Part shown: one piece after another, positions 22,538 through 31,323 of the stretch
How positions within the stretch are numbered: the first letter of the stretch is position 1
Layout: every line of letters begins with the position of its first letter
DNA from: an uncultured Anaeroarcus sp.
GTDB taxonomy: Bacteria; Bacillota; Negativicutes; Anaeromusales; Anaeromusaceae
Assembly: GCA_964551055.1 (NCBI GenBank)
Contig: CAZKCR010000002.1
Location: 1-43,120 of the forward strand
DNA length: 43,120 nt
Direction: 5' to 3'
Notes under the pieces: model-generated
Told to the model about the DNA's origin: nothing
The model's database searches: none
Seen by the model: only the letters and a program-made list of their open reading frames with translations
Program-made: the position numbers and the translations under genes

Positions 22538-22915
22538 ATGTATACAGAAAAAGTAATGGATCATTTCAGCAATCCTCGTAATGTCGGTGAAATTCCTAAC
22601 GCAGACGGAGTCGGTGAAGTAGGCAACGCCAAATGCGGCGATATTATGCGCATTTACCTGAAGGTTAAGGATAATGTAATTGAAGATGTAAAGTTTAAAA
22701 CCTTCGGCTGTGGCGCTGCTATCGCTACGAGCAGCATGGTCACCGAAATGGTTATCGGCAAAACGCTGGAAGACGCCCTGGAAATTTCCAATCAGGCAGT
22801 AGCAGAAGCTTTGGGCGGCTTGCCGCCGGCTAAAATGCACTGTTCCAATCTGGCCGCCGATGCTCTGCACGAAGCCATTAAGGATTATATGAGCAAGCAG
22901 CAAAAGGAAGCTTAA
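22538..22915 (+). CDS. iscU: Fe-S cluster scaffold IscU/NifU
   Basis: MYTEKVMDHFSNPRNVG, CGDIM, FKTFGCGAAIA, KMHCSNLA. Confidence 0.96.
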   Translation: MYTEKVMDHFSNPRNVGEIPNADGVGEVGNAKCGDIMRIYLKVKDNVIEDVKFKTFGCGAAIATSSMVTEMVIGKTLEDALEISNQAVAEALGGLPPAKMHCSNLAADALHEAIKDYMSKQQKEA

Positions 22916-24013
22916 GTGCCTAACGCAAAGACGAAAGTGGTTGTCGCCATGAGCGGCGGTGTAGATAGTTCTCTCACCGCCGCCCTTTTAGTGCAGGAAG
23001 GGTATGAAGTGATTGGCGTCACCATGCAACTATGGACAGAAGATGTGCCTGTTGATGATCCGAATCATCGCGGCTGTTGTTCCCTGTCCGAAGTGGAAGA
23101 CGCGCGGCGCGTTGCGCAGACGCTGGGGATTCCTCATTACGTGATGAACTTCCGCGACGACTTTCATCATCTGGTGGTGGAATATTTTATTCGCGAATAT
23201 ACGGCCGGCCGTACGCCAAATCCCTGCATTGCCTGTAACCGCCATATCAAGTTTGAACGTCTGTTGACCAAGGCGGCGGCCCTGGGGGCTGATTATGTAG
23301 CAACCGGCCATTACGCACGCGTAATAAAGGATGAGCAAACTGGGCGGGTACTGCTATGTAAAGGTGTGGATACGACCAAAGACCAGTCTTATGTGTTGTA
23401 TCATTTGAATCAGCAAACCTTGCGAAAATTTTTATTTCCTCTGGGCGGTATGGAAAAAACCAAAACAAGAGAATTGGCGCGGCAATTTAATCTGGTAGTG
23501 GCAAACAAGCCGGAAAGCCAGGAAATCTGTTTTATCCCTGATGACGATTATAAACGCTTCTTGCGCGAGCACGCGCCGCAGTCGCTGCAACCCGGAGATA
23601 TCGTAACTCAAGACGGGCAAGTTTTGGGCCGTCATGAGGGGCTGCCGTTTTATACGATCGGTCAGCGCAAAGGGCTTGGGATTGCTTCGGCGCATCCTTT
23701 GTATGTGGTGGAAATTGATGCGGCCCGAAATCGCGTAGTCGTCGGAACTCATGAAGCAGTATATGCCTCGGAATTGCTTGCGGATGACTTAAACTGGATT
23801 GCCGTGGATGGTCTTGAAGCACCATTACAGGTGCATGCGAAAATCCGTTATGCCGCACACGAAGCGCTAGCGATGGTTGTTCCGGAAGCAAATGGCATGG
23901 TCCGTGTGAAGTTTGAACAACCTCAGCGCGCGATTACGCCAGGGCAATCGGTTGTGTTTTACCATGGTGAAAAAGTGGTTGGCGGCGGCGTTATCCGCAA
24001 AGCCTGTTTATAA
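22916..24013 (+). CDS. mnmA: tRNA 2-thiouridylase MnmA
   Basis: AMSGGVDSS, TPNPCIACN, ATGHYA, KDQSY, SQEICF, YTIGQRKGL, AITPGQS. Confidence 0.98.
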   Translation: MPNAKTKVVVAMSGGVDSSLTAALLVQEGYEVIGVTMQLWTEDVPVDDPNHRGCCSLSEVEDARRVAQTLGIPHYVMNFRDDFHHLVVEYFIREYTAGRTPNPCIACNRHIKFERLLTKAAALGADYVATGHYARVIKDEQTGRVLLCKGVDTTKDQSYVLYHLNQQTLRKFLFPLGGMEKTKTRELARQFNLVVANKPESQEICFIPDDDYKRFLREHAPQSLQPGDIVTQDGQVLGRHEGLPFYTIGQRKGLGIASAHPLYVVEIDAARNRVVVGTHEAVYASELLADDLNWIAVDGLEAPLQVHAKIRYAAHEALAMVVPEANGMVRVKFEQPQRAITPGQSVVFYHGEKVVGGGVIRKACL

Positions 24014-24130
24014 AAAGAACGAATACAGGACAGAGAAAAACCAGAGAGGTACAGAAATAGAATTGAACAAGAGAACCGGAGTCGCGTGAGGATATGCAAG
24101 AGAAGAACGGGGCAACGGTTTGGAAAAAGA
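24014..24130 (+). repeat. Purine-rich tract containing ATTGAACAAGAGAA
   Basis: The 14-mer at 24062-24075 is identical to 43104-43117. CAGAGAGGTAC resembles CAGAGGGTAC in the rarA tract. Confidence 0.5.
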
Positions 24131-24161
24131 AGTGTGGATGGTACGGGTTACGGGCCGGGCG

Positions 24162-24335
24162 GCGGCAATGATTGTATTTGAGGCTTTTATTGGAGCAAGT
24201 CGGTCCGAAGGACGAAAAAGCTGGCTAAGACGGATTACAGTTTCGCTTGTTTAAGCACAGCGAGTTAAGAAACTGCCGACTTAGCCAGCTTTTTTGAGGC
24301 GCGCGCAAATCTTGTCTCAAATGCAATTATGCCGC
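24162..24335 (+). other. Unassigned long inverted-repeat / structured RNA element
   Basis: Outer stem 24162-24184 / 24314-24335; perfect 15-bp inner stem 24215-24229 / 24280-24294; further pairing CAGTTTC/GAAACTG. Confidence 0.6.
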
Positions 24336-24373
24336 TCCGCAATAATCAAGAGGCTGACAGGGCGACCTTCCCT

Positions 24374-24402
24374 TTGACACGTCTTGGTTAGTCGGGTATA
24401 AT
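24374..24402 (+). promoter_or_regulatory. Consensus sigma-A promoter of alaS
   Basis: TTGACA (24374-24379)-17 nt-TATAAT (24397-24402), an exact consensus match. Confidence 0.88.
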
Positions 24403-24444
24403 TTTTAAGAATAAGCCATCTGTAATGAGCGGAGGATGAAGTAC

Positions 24445-27057
24445 GTGAAATCTATGACAGGTAATGAAATTCGCACACGTTTTCTGGAGTTTTTTAAATC
24501 AAAAGAGCATCTGGTAATGCCCAGCGCTCCGTTGATTCCTCATGATGATCCTACATTGTTGCTAGTCGGAGCTGGCATGGCGCCGTTCAAGCCGTTTTTT
24601 ACCGGCAAGATCAAGCCCCCTCACACACGCATCACCAGCAGCCAAAAATGCGTCCGTACCGGCGACATTGAAAATGTAGGCCGTACGGCGCGGCACCAGA
24701 CCTTTTTTGAAATGCTGGGTAATTTTTCTTTTGGCGATTATTTTAAACGGGAAGCTATTGCTTGGGCTTGGGAGTTTTTGACTAAAGAATTGGAACTTCC
24801 TGTCGATCGTCTTTGGATTACCATTCATACGGAAGACAATGAAGCCTATGACATCTGGCATGACGAAATCGGCATTTCCCCGGAGCGTATTGTGCGCATG
24901 GCTGATAATTTCTGGGAGATCGGCCCCGGCCCCTGCGGTCCTTGTTCGGAAATACATATCGATTTAGGGGAAGAGCGCGGCTGCGGTCCTGAGTGCAAGC
25001 TAGGCTGCGACTGCGATCGATTTTTGGAAATTTGGAACCTCGTTTTTACCCAGTATGATCGGGATGACGAAGGCAACTATCAGCCTTTGGCGAAAAAGAA
25101 CATTGATACCGGTGCAGGCCTGGAACGATTGGCATCAGTACTGCAGGGCAAGCCTTCTAACTTTGAGACGGATTTGCTGTTTCCTTTGATTGCTCATATG
25201 TCAACCTTATCAGGGGTTGCCTACGGCGTTGATAAAAAGAACGACATCTCTCTTAAAGTAATCGCTGACCATGCACGCAGCATGGTGGTCATGATCAATG
25301 ACGGCGTATTGCCTTCCAACGAAGGTCGCGGCTATGTGCTGCGCCGCATTTTGCGCCGCGCTCTGCGTCACGGACGCTTGTTAGGCGTAAAAAAAGCTTT
25401 TTTGGCTGACTGCGTGGACGTAGCTGCCAATATTTTCACTACGGCTTATCCGGAACTCTTAGAAAAAGCCGACTACATCCGCAAGGTGGTAAGTCAAGAA
25501 GAAAGCCGTTTTCAGACTACCCTTATTACCGGGGAAGAACTCCTATCCCAGGAAGTGGCGGCATTGCGCGCCAAAGGAGAGAGCCAGCTGCCAGGCGAGA
25601 CGGCGTTCCGTTTGTATGATACGTATGGCTTTCCTTGGGAACTTACAGAGGAAATGCTTTTTGACGAAGGCATGACTCTTGATAAAGCTGGTTTTGACGC
25701 GGCCATGGAAGAACAACGCTTGCGCGCCCGCGCCGCACGGCATGAAAATGAACGCACCTTCGTTCTGGAATTAACAGGCTTGCAAACCGAAAGTCTGCGT
25801 GTAGACGCAGCAGCGCAGCAAGGACGCATTCTGCGCATTTGGAAAGAAGGCGTTGTAGTCGAGGAAGCCGGCGACGGCGAAGAAGTAGCCGTACTGCTGG
25901 ATGTCACTCCTTTTTACGCGGAGGGTGGCGGACAGATTGGCGACAGCGGCCGCCTGGAAACTGCTTTGGGTAAAATGGAAGTACAAGCCGCAAAAAAACT
26001 GGCCAATGGCGCTATTTACCATCAGGGATTAGTACAAGAAGGCATGCTGCGTACCGGCGAAACCGTAGAAATTCATCTGGATTCAGCAAAGCACCAGGAC
26101 GTGGCTCGCAACCATACGGCAACTCATTTGCTGCATCATGCGCTGCGCAAGGTTCTAGGCGAACATGTGCATCAGGCAGGCTCTCTCGTGGAAGCGGACA
26201 GACTGCGTTTTGACTTTTCTCATTTCGCGGCGGTTACGCCGGAAGAATTGACAGCCGTCGAAGCGCTTGTCAATGAAGCCATTTTAGAAAACCGCGCTGT
26301 TTCTTTCTTGGAAACCAGCCAAGAGATAGCCAAGGGCATGGGCGCCATGGCCTTGTTCGGCGAAAAATACGGCGATGTTGTTCGGGTCGTTGTGATTGAC
26401 GAAGTCAGCAAAGAACTTTGCGGCGGCAGCCATGTAAGCAATACCTCGGAAATTTCGTTGTTTCAGATCGTCGGCGAAGCCAGCACCGGCGCTGGCGTGC
26501 GCCGCATTGAAGCGGTAACAGGACGCGCAGCCCATGCACGCATACAGCAACAGCGTTCCTTGCTGTTAGAAGCTGCAGCTATTTTGAAAACCCAAGCTGC
26601 CGAGGAAGTTCCCGCCCGCGCGGCGCAATTGCAGCAGGAACTGAAAGCCTTGGAAAGCGAACTGGCTGACAAGGAAGCGCAGACGGCACAGGCCCAGCTT
26701 CAAGCGTTGCAGCCGGAGGTGATCGGCGACGTAGAAACGGTCATTGCGCAGGTGGAAGCCCCTAACCAGGAACTGCTGCGTTCTTTGGCTGATCAATTGC
26801 GGGACCGCATGAAAAAGGGCGTTGTTTTATTGGCTAGCGTCCAGGAAGATAAAGTAAGCTTGGTTGCGATGGCGACGAAAGAAGCAGTGGCTGCGAAAGC
26901 CCATGCTGGCAATTTGGTCAAAGAAGTTGCTAAAATCGTTGGCGGCGGCGGTGGCGGTCGTCCGGATATGGCCCAAGCCGGCGGCAAGGATCCAGCTAAA
27001 GTGGCTGAAGCTCTTTTAAAAGCGAAAGAAACGCTCCGTCAGCAGTTGGGTCTTTAA
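24445..27057 (+). CDS. alaS: Alanine--tRNA ligase
   Basis: AGMAPFKPFF, RHQTFFEMLGNFSFGDYFK, IDTGAGLERL, RNHTATHLLH, ELCGGSH, GGGGGRPDMAQAGG. Start probably GTG 24445 after GGAGG. Confidence 0.98.
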   Translation: MKSMTGNEIRTRFLEFFKSKEHLVMPSAPLIPHDDPTLLLVGAGMAPFKPFFTGKIKPPHTRITSSQKCVRTGDIENVGRTARHQTFFEMLGNFSFGDYFKREAIAWAWEFLTKELELPVDRLWITIHTEDNEAYDIWHDEIGISPERIVRMADNFWEIGPGPCGPCSEIHIDLGEERGCGPECKLGCDCDRFLEIWNLVFTQYDRDDEGNYQPLAKKNIDTGAGLERLASVLQGKPSNFETDLLFPLIAHMSTLSGVAYGVDKKNDISLKVIADHARSMVVMINDGVLPSNEGRGYVLRRILRRALRHGRLLGVKKAFLADCVDVAANIFTTAYPELLEKADYIRKVVSQEESRFQTTLITGEELLSQEVAALRAKGESQLPGETAFRLYDTYGFPWELTEEMLFDEGMTLDKAGFDAAMEEQRLRARAARHENERTFVLELTGLQTESLRVDAAAQQGRILRIWKEGVVVEEAGDGEEVAVLLDVTPFYAEGGGQIGDSGRLETALGKMEVQAAKKLANGAIYHQGLVQEGMLRTGETVEIHLDSAKHQDVARNHTATHLLHHALRKVLGEHVHQAGSLVEADRLRFDFSHFAAVTPEELTAVEALVNEAILENRAVSFLETSQEIAKGMGAMALFGEKYGDVVRVVVIDEVSKELCGGSHVSNTSEISLFQIVGEASTGAGVRRIEAVTGRAAHARIQQQRSLLLEAAAILKTQAAEEVPARAAQLQQELKALESELADKEAQTAQAQLQALQPEVIGDVETVIAQVEAPNQELLRSLADQLRDRMKKGVVLLASVQEDKVSLVAMATKEAVAAKAHAGNLVKEVAKIVGGGGGGRPDMAQAGGKDPAKVAEALLKAKETLRQQLGL

Positions 27058-27091
27058 ATCATAGGTGAAAAACTAATTCCTTAAAATGATA

Positions 27092-27120
27092 GCAGGGAAT
27101 GGCAGTGGGTCGTCGAATAC
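27092..27120 (+). promoter_or_regulatory. Putative sigma-H-type promoter upstream of ireB
   Basis: GCAGGGAAT...GAAT with 17 nt between AGGG (27094-27097) and GAAT (27115-27118). Confidence 0.5.
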
Positions 27121-27193
27121 AACTAGTATACTAAGTTTAAGGGACTTGCTGACTATAAGCAGCTCCTTAACGGCGCGAAAGGAGGAAGGAACG

Positions 27194-27466
27194 ATGTCGG
27201 ATCACGAGCAGAATGTATCGCAGGATACGATGATGTTTCGCGCTGGCAGCGAAGGAAATCATGTTGCCGCCCTCACCATTGCTACCGTCTGTCAGGCCTT
27301 GAAAGAGAAGGGGTACAACCCAATTAACCAGTTGGTGGGGTATCTTTTGTCAGGAGATCCTACCTATATTACCAGCCATCGCAACGCTCGCGCCTTAATC
27401 CGCAAACTGGAGCGAGATGAGATTTTAGAAGAACTGGTTCGGGCCTATGTAAAGGAAATTCAATAA
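27194..27466 (+). CDS. ireB: IreB/ReoM family regulatory phosphoprotein (UPF0297)
   Basis: [43 protein letters not shown]; alaS-ireB-ruvX synteny. Confidence 0.94.
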   Translation: MSDHEQNVSQDTMMFRAGSEGNHVAALTIATVCQALKEKGYNPINQLVGYLLSGDPTYITSHRNARALIRKLERDEILEELVRAYVKEIQ

Positions 27467-27480
27467 TTAGCAGCAGGGGA

Positions 27481-27520
27481 CAGGGAGCAGGCAATTGTGC
27501 ATGGCTCCCTGCCGCTTTTT
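27481..27520 (+). terminator. Possible terminator/hairpin between ireB and ruvX
   Basis: CAGGGAGC...GCTCCCTG stem followed by CCGCTTTTT, immediately before the ruvX RBS. Confidence 0.45.
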
Positions 27521-27535
27521 AGGAGGACGATTATA

Positions 27536-27958
27536 TTGCGCAGTATGGGCTTGGATGTAGGAGATAGAACCATAGGCGTAGCGGTGAGCGATTTATTGGC
27601 TCTAACAGCCCAGGGTGTAGAGGTCATACGGCGTACTTCTCCGCAAGCTGACTTTGCCAGGCTGGCTGTTTTGTGCCAAGAATACGAAGTAGGCACCATT
27701 GTTGTCGGCCTACCTAAGAACATGAATGGCACCCTCGGCCCGCGAGGCGAGCTGGTGCAGGAATTTGCCGCCCAATTGCAAGAACAGCTGCCGGAAGCTA
27801 AAATTGTTTTTTGGGATGAACGACTTTCTACGGTAGCAGCGGAAAAAGCGCTTATTGAAGCGGATGTTCGCCGCAATAAGCGGCGCAAAGTAATTGATAA
27901 AATGGCGGCTATCATTATTCTGCAGGGCTGGATGGATCTGCAGAGCCGCAGCGGTTGA
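27536..27958 (+). CDS. ruvX: YqgF/RuvX (pre-16S rRNA nuclease, Holliday-junction-resolvase-like)
   Basis: GLDVGDRTIGVAVSD, VVGLPKNMNG, WDERLSTV, IDKMAAIIILQ; TTG start after AGGAGG. Confidence 0.95.
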   Translation: MRSMGLDVGDRTIGVAVSDLLALTAQGVEVIRRTSPQADFARLAVLCQEYEVGTIVVGLPKNMNGTLGPRGELVQEFAAQLQEQLPEAKIVFWDERLSTVAAEKALIEADVRRNKRRKVIDKMAAIIILQGWMDLQSRSG

Positions 27959-27983
27959 CAGGCTATTGCGTGTAAGATACAAT
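27955..27983 (+). promoter_or_regulatory. Sigma-A promoter upstream of the DUF1292 gene
   Basis: TTGACA-17 nt-TACAAT. Confidence 0.75.
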
Positions 27984-28016
27984 GGCAATAGCAATAAGAG
28001 AAAGAGGTGAACGCCC

Positions 28017-28346
28017 ATGGCAGATGAAAAGTTCAACCCCGATGAACTGGAAGAAGATGAGGATGTTGTTGTTGTCATGACTGATGAGGAAGGCAACGAA
28101 TTTTACTACCGCGAAGAATTAATCGTGGAAGTCGGCGAAAAGCGCTTTGCTGTTTTGGCACCGATTAAAGTAGACGAAGAGGGCGGCTGCACTTGCGAAT
28201 GCGGTTGTGAAGACGAAGAGACGGATGTCTTCATCGCACGCATTGATGTAGATGAAAATGGCGAAGACGTCTATACCGATCCTACGGACGAAGAGTTTGA
28301 CGAAGTTCGCAAAGCCTATGAAGAGTTGGCGGACGACGAAGAGTAG
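28017..28346 (+). CDS. DUF1292 family acidic protein (YrzB-like)
   Basis: Highly acidic; TDEEGNEF, DEEFDEV; sits between ruvX and mltG; GAGGTG RBS. Confidence 0.85.
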   Translation: MADEKFNPDELEEDEDVVVVMTDEEGNEFYYREELIVEVGEKRFAVLAPIKVDEEGGCTCECGCEDEETDVFIARIDVDENGEDVYTDPTDEEFDEVRKAYEELADDEE

Positions 28347-28354
28347 AATGCCTG

Positions 28355-28383
28355 AAGCAACCGGAAACGGTTGCTTTTTTTTT
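28355..28383 (+). terminator. Intrinsic terminator after the DUF1292 gene
   Basis: AAGCAACCG-gaaa-CGGTTGCTT followed by a long T run. Confidence 0.85.
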
Positions 28384-28400
28384 ACTGCTGTGTGTATAAT
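28371..28400 (+). promoter_or_regulatory. Sigma-A promoter upstream of mltG
   Basis: TTGCTT-18 nt-TATAAT, overlapping the terminator. Confidence 0.6.
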
Positions 28401-28486
28401 AAAATCCGTGACAGGAAGTAACCAATTGATGAAAAAATCATTTTGAACAAATCAGTGCTTCTAAAGGTTTTACAAGAGGTGTTTAC

Positions 28487-29494
28487 ATGAAGGATCGACT
28501 CTGGGAAAATGGTTTTCGAGGCCGCAGCCTTTGGATCATCTTGGCAGGAATCACTGTCTTTTTTTTCACAGTGATTATTAGCGCTTTTTTGGTGTTGCAA
28601 TCGCCGCCCTCCCGTAACGCCGATGCCGTCTTAACGGTGAAAGAAGGGATGAGCGCCGGTGATATTGCCAAAGAGCTGGAAAACCAAAAGGCTATTCGCA
28701 GCACCTGGTTGTTTCAGGTATTGGCTAAGTTCAGCCGTTTGGACCACTCTCTTCAGGCTGGAGAATACGTTTTTTCTCCAGGCATGAGTACGCGAGAGGT
28801 AGTGGCGAGACTAGCGGCCGGGGAAACGCGCTATGCCAATCTTACTATTCCTGAAGGATACACAGTGAAACAGATTGCTAAATTACTGCAAGAACAAAAG
28901 CTTGGAAACGGCGAGCGTTTTTTGCAATTAGCACGCCTTTCAGGACCTAACGCTGGCGAAGCTGTACAGTTTCGAGCTGAAGGATATTTGTTTCCTGATA
29001 CCTATCGAATTTCTCCGGGGATGAAAGAGGAAGATTTGATTAGTAACATGCAAAAAGAATTTGATAAACGTTTTGGCTCTTTGCTGAAAAGCGGTAATGC
29101 CAGCGGCCTTACGCCAACACAGGTTGTTGTTCTTGCTTCTTTAGTGGAAAAAGAAGCGCAGCGTCCGGAAGAGCAAGCTGTTATTGCCAGGGTCTTTTTG
29201 AACCGTCTGCAGCAAAGTATGCCTTTGCAATCTTGCGCCACCATCCAGTACTTACTGGGATATCCCAAAGAAGAATTAAGCTTGCAGGATACGCAAATTC
29301 CTTCTCCGTATAATACGTATTTAAATCCAGGCTTGCCGCCAGGACCGATTGCCAATCCTGGCTTAGGCGCTCTTAAGGCCGCTTTGAATCCGGCGCAGAC
29401 GGATTACTTATATTTTGTTGCAGATAAACAAGGCAAACATCATTTCAGCCGGACCTATGAAGAACATTTGGCTGCCATCGAGCAGGTGCGTTAA
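28487..29494 (+). CDS. mltG: Endolytic transglycosylase MltG
   Basis: N-terminal TM helix, TIPEG, EGYLFPDTY, LASLVEKE, SPYNTYLNPGLPPGPIANPG, YLYFV. Confidence 0.96.
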   Translation: MKDRLWENGFRGRSLWIILAGITVFFFTVIISAFLVLQSPPSRNADAVLTVKEGMSAGDIAKELENQKAIRSTWLFQVLAKFSRLDHSLQAGEYVFSPGMSTREVVARLAAGETRYANLTIPEGYTVKQIAKLLQEQKLGNGERFLQLARLSGPNAGEAVQFRAEGYLFPDTYRISPGMKEEDLISNMQKEFDKRFGSLLKSGNASGLTPTQVVVLASLVEKEAQRPEEQAVIARVFLNRLQQSMPLQSCATIQYLLGYPKEELSLQDTQIPSPYNTYLNPGLPPGPIANPGLGALKAALNPAQTDYLYFVADKQGKHHFSRTYEEHLAAIEQVR

Positions 29495-30099
29495 TGAGTG
29501 AATTGTTGCTTGAAATGAGAACATTTGCAGCTCAACAAGGCGTTCCAGTGCTTCGTACAGAAGCGGAACGCCTCTTGCGTTTACTAATGGAGCGTTACCA
29601 ACCGCTGCGTATCCTGGAAATTGGTACGGCTATAGGGTATTCGGCGCTGCTGATGGCTAAATTAGTTCCCGATTGCCGCATTCTCACGTTGGAAAAAGAC
29701 GAAGAACGGATTCGTGACGCACAGCGCTTTTGGCGGCGCGAACCAGGCGTCGTCGAACGCATCTGTCTGTGGCAGGGCGATGCAACTGAAGGGTTAAGCA
29801 CTTTGAACGAAACATTTGATTTTGTTTTTATTGACGCTGCCAAAGGGCATTATCTAAGCTATTTACAACAAGTACTGCCGCATTTACGGAGTGGCAGCAT
29901 TATTTTAGCTGATGATGTGTTATTTTATGGACAAGTATACGGCCCCTGTCCCCGGCGTATGCGCACCATTGCCAAGCGCATGCGGCAATATTTAGAGTTT
30001 GTGCAAAATACGGAGCAGTTCCAGACTACCCTTTATCCAGAGGGAGATGGTTTGGCGGTTTCGATTTATCAAGGAGTAAAAAATGATGAAATTACCTGA
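29494..30099 (+). CDS. O-methyltransferase, TrmR/YrrM-like (tRNA ho5U methyltransferase candidate)
   Basis: ILEIGTAIGYSA, FDFVFIDAAKGHY, GDGL; mltG-yrrM-yrrO synteny. Confidence 0.85.
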   Translation: MSELLLEMRTFAAQQGVPVLRTEAERLLRLLMERYQPLRILEIGTAIGYSALLMAKLVPDCRILTLEKDEERIRDAQRFWRREPGVVERICLWQGDATEGLSTLNETFDFVFIDAAKGHYLSYLQQVLPHLRSGSIILADDVLFYGQVYGPCPRRMRTIAKRMRQYLEFVQNTEQFQTTLYPEGDGLAVSIYQGVKNDEIT

Positions 30100-31321
30100 A
30101 CTGCTTGCGCCTGCGGGCAATTTGGAAAAATTAAAGACCGCCCTTCTTTTTGGCGCTGATGCCGTATATGTAGGCGGGAAAAACTTCAGTCTGCGCGCTC
30201 AAAGCGACAATTTTGACTTTGAAACTTTACAGGAAGGCGTACGATACGCCCATGAACTTGGTAAGAAAGTCTATGTCGCTCTCAATGTCTTTGCCCATCA
30301 GCAGGAGCTGCAGGGAATTGCCGCCTATTTACCGGAGTTATTGGCTGCCAAAGTAGATGCCGTTATTGTCGCCGATCCTGGTGTTTTTCGTTTGGTTCGC
30401 AAACAAGCCCCCAACCTGGCTGTCCATATTAGCACCCAGGCTAACACAGTTAACGCCTCTACGGCTTGTTTTTGGGGAGAATTGGGAGCTAAGCGCGTTG
30501 TGTTGGCGCGGGAAGTAACCTATAAAGAACTTTTGGATATTCGAAGCCAAGCTGCCGTGCAACTAGAAACCTTCGTGCACGGTGCTATGTGCGTATCCTA
30601 CTCCGGTCGTTGCTTATTAAGCAACTATTTTACCGGCAGAGACGCCAATCGCGGTGCTTGTACTCAGCCTTGCCGCTGGAAATACGCTTTGCAAGAAGAA
30701 ACTAGACCGGGTCAGTTTTATCCTGTAGAAGAAGACGCTCATGGCACCTATTTTATGAATTCCAAAGACTTGTGCCTGCTGCCGCACCTACCGGCGTTGG
30801 TGGCTGCCGGTGTTGACAGTTTGAAAATTGAAGGACGCATGAAGAGTATACATTATGTGGCTACGGTGGTACGCGTGTATCGCCAGGCGCTGGACCTTCT
30901 CGCTGAGAATCCCGAAGAGTTTGCCATCTCCCCGGAATGGTTGGAGGAATTACAGTTGGTATCTCAGCGGGCATATACGGACGGATTTTTTCAAGGATCT
31001 GGTGCGGTTGACGCTCAAGTTTATACGGTAGAAAAAGAAAACATCGCCAAAGTGTTTTGCGGCGTGGTAACCGGTCACAGCGGTTCGGACTTATTGGTAG
31101 AGCAGCGCGGTCTTTTTGCCGTAGGCGATTCTTTAGAGGCGCTGCCGCCGACAGGTGAGCGGCAGCAACAACGTTTAAGATTTTTGTGGGATGCGAAAAG
31201 CGACGCTGTCTTAGAACGGGCGCCTCACGCCCAGCAACAACTGCGCCTGACCTGGAATGAGTCGTTGCTGCCAGTCGGCACGCTGCTGCGGCGTGTTTTG
31301 TCGTCCGAAGAGGAGGCCTAA
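30083..31321 (+). CDS. Peptidase U32 family protein, TrhP/YrrO-like tRNA hydroxylation protein
   Basis: PELLAPAG, GADAVYVG, HGAMCVSYSGRCLLS, NRGACTQPCR (four conserved Cys), SLKIEGRMKS. Confidence 0.9.
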   Translation: MMKLPELLAPAGNLEKLKTALLFGADAVYVGGKNFSLRAQSDNFDFETLQEGVRYAHELGKKVYVALNVFAHQQELQGIAAYLPELLAAKVDAVIVADPGVFRLVRKQAPNLAVHISTQANTVNASTACFWGELGAKRVVLAREVTYKELLDIRSQAAVQLETFVHGAMCVSYSGRCLLSNYFTGRDANRGACTQPCRWKYALQEETRPGQFYPVEEDAHGTYFMNSKDLCLLPHLPALVAAGVDSLKIEGRMKSIHYVATVVRVYRQALDLLAENPEEFAISPEWLEELQLVSQRAYTDGFFQGSGAVDAQVYTVEKENIAKVFCGVVTGHSGSDLLVEQRGLFAVGDSLEALPPTGERQQQRLRFLWDAKSDAVLERAPHAQQQLRLTWNESLLPVGTLLRRVLSSEEEA

Positions 31322-31323
31322 TT

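Noticed and set aside
24190-24220. Hammerhead-ribozyme-like GTCC-GAA-GGAC-GAAA segment
   Set aside because: The required CUGANGA core before stem II is absent (the sequence reads GCAAGTCG).
24014-24435. T-box riboswitch upstream of alaS
   Set aside because: No T-box antiterminator motif is visible, and the consensus promoter lies downstream of the structured region.
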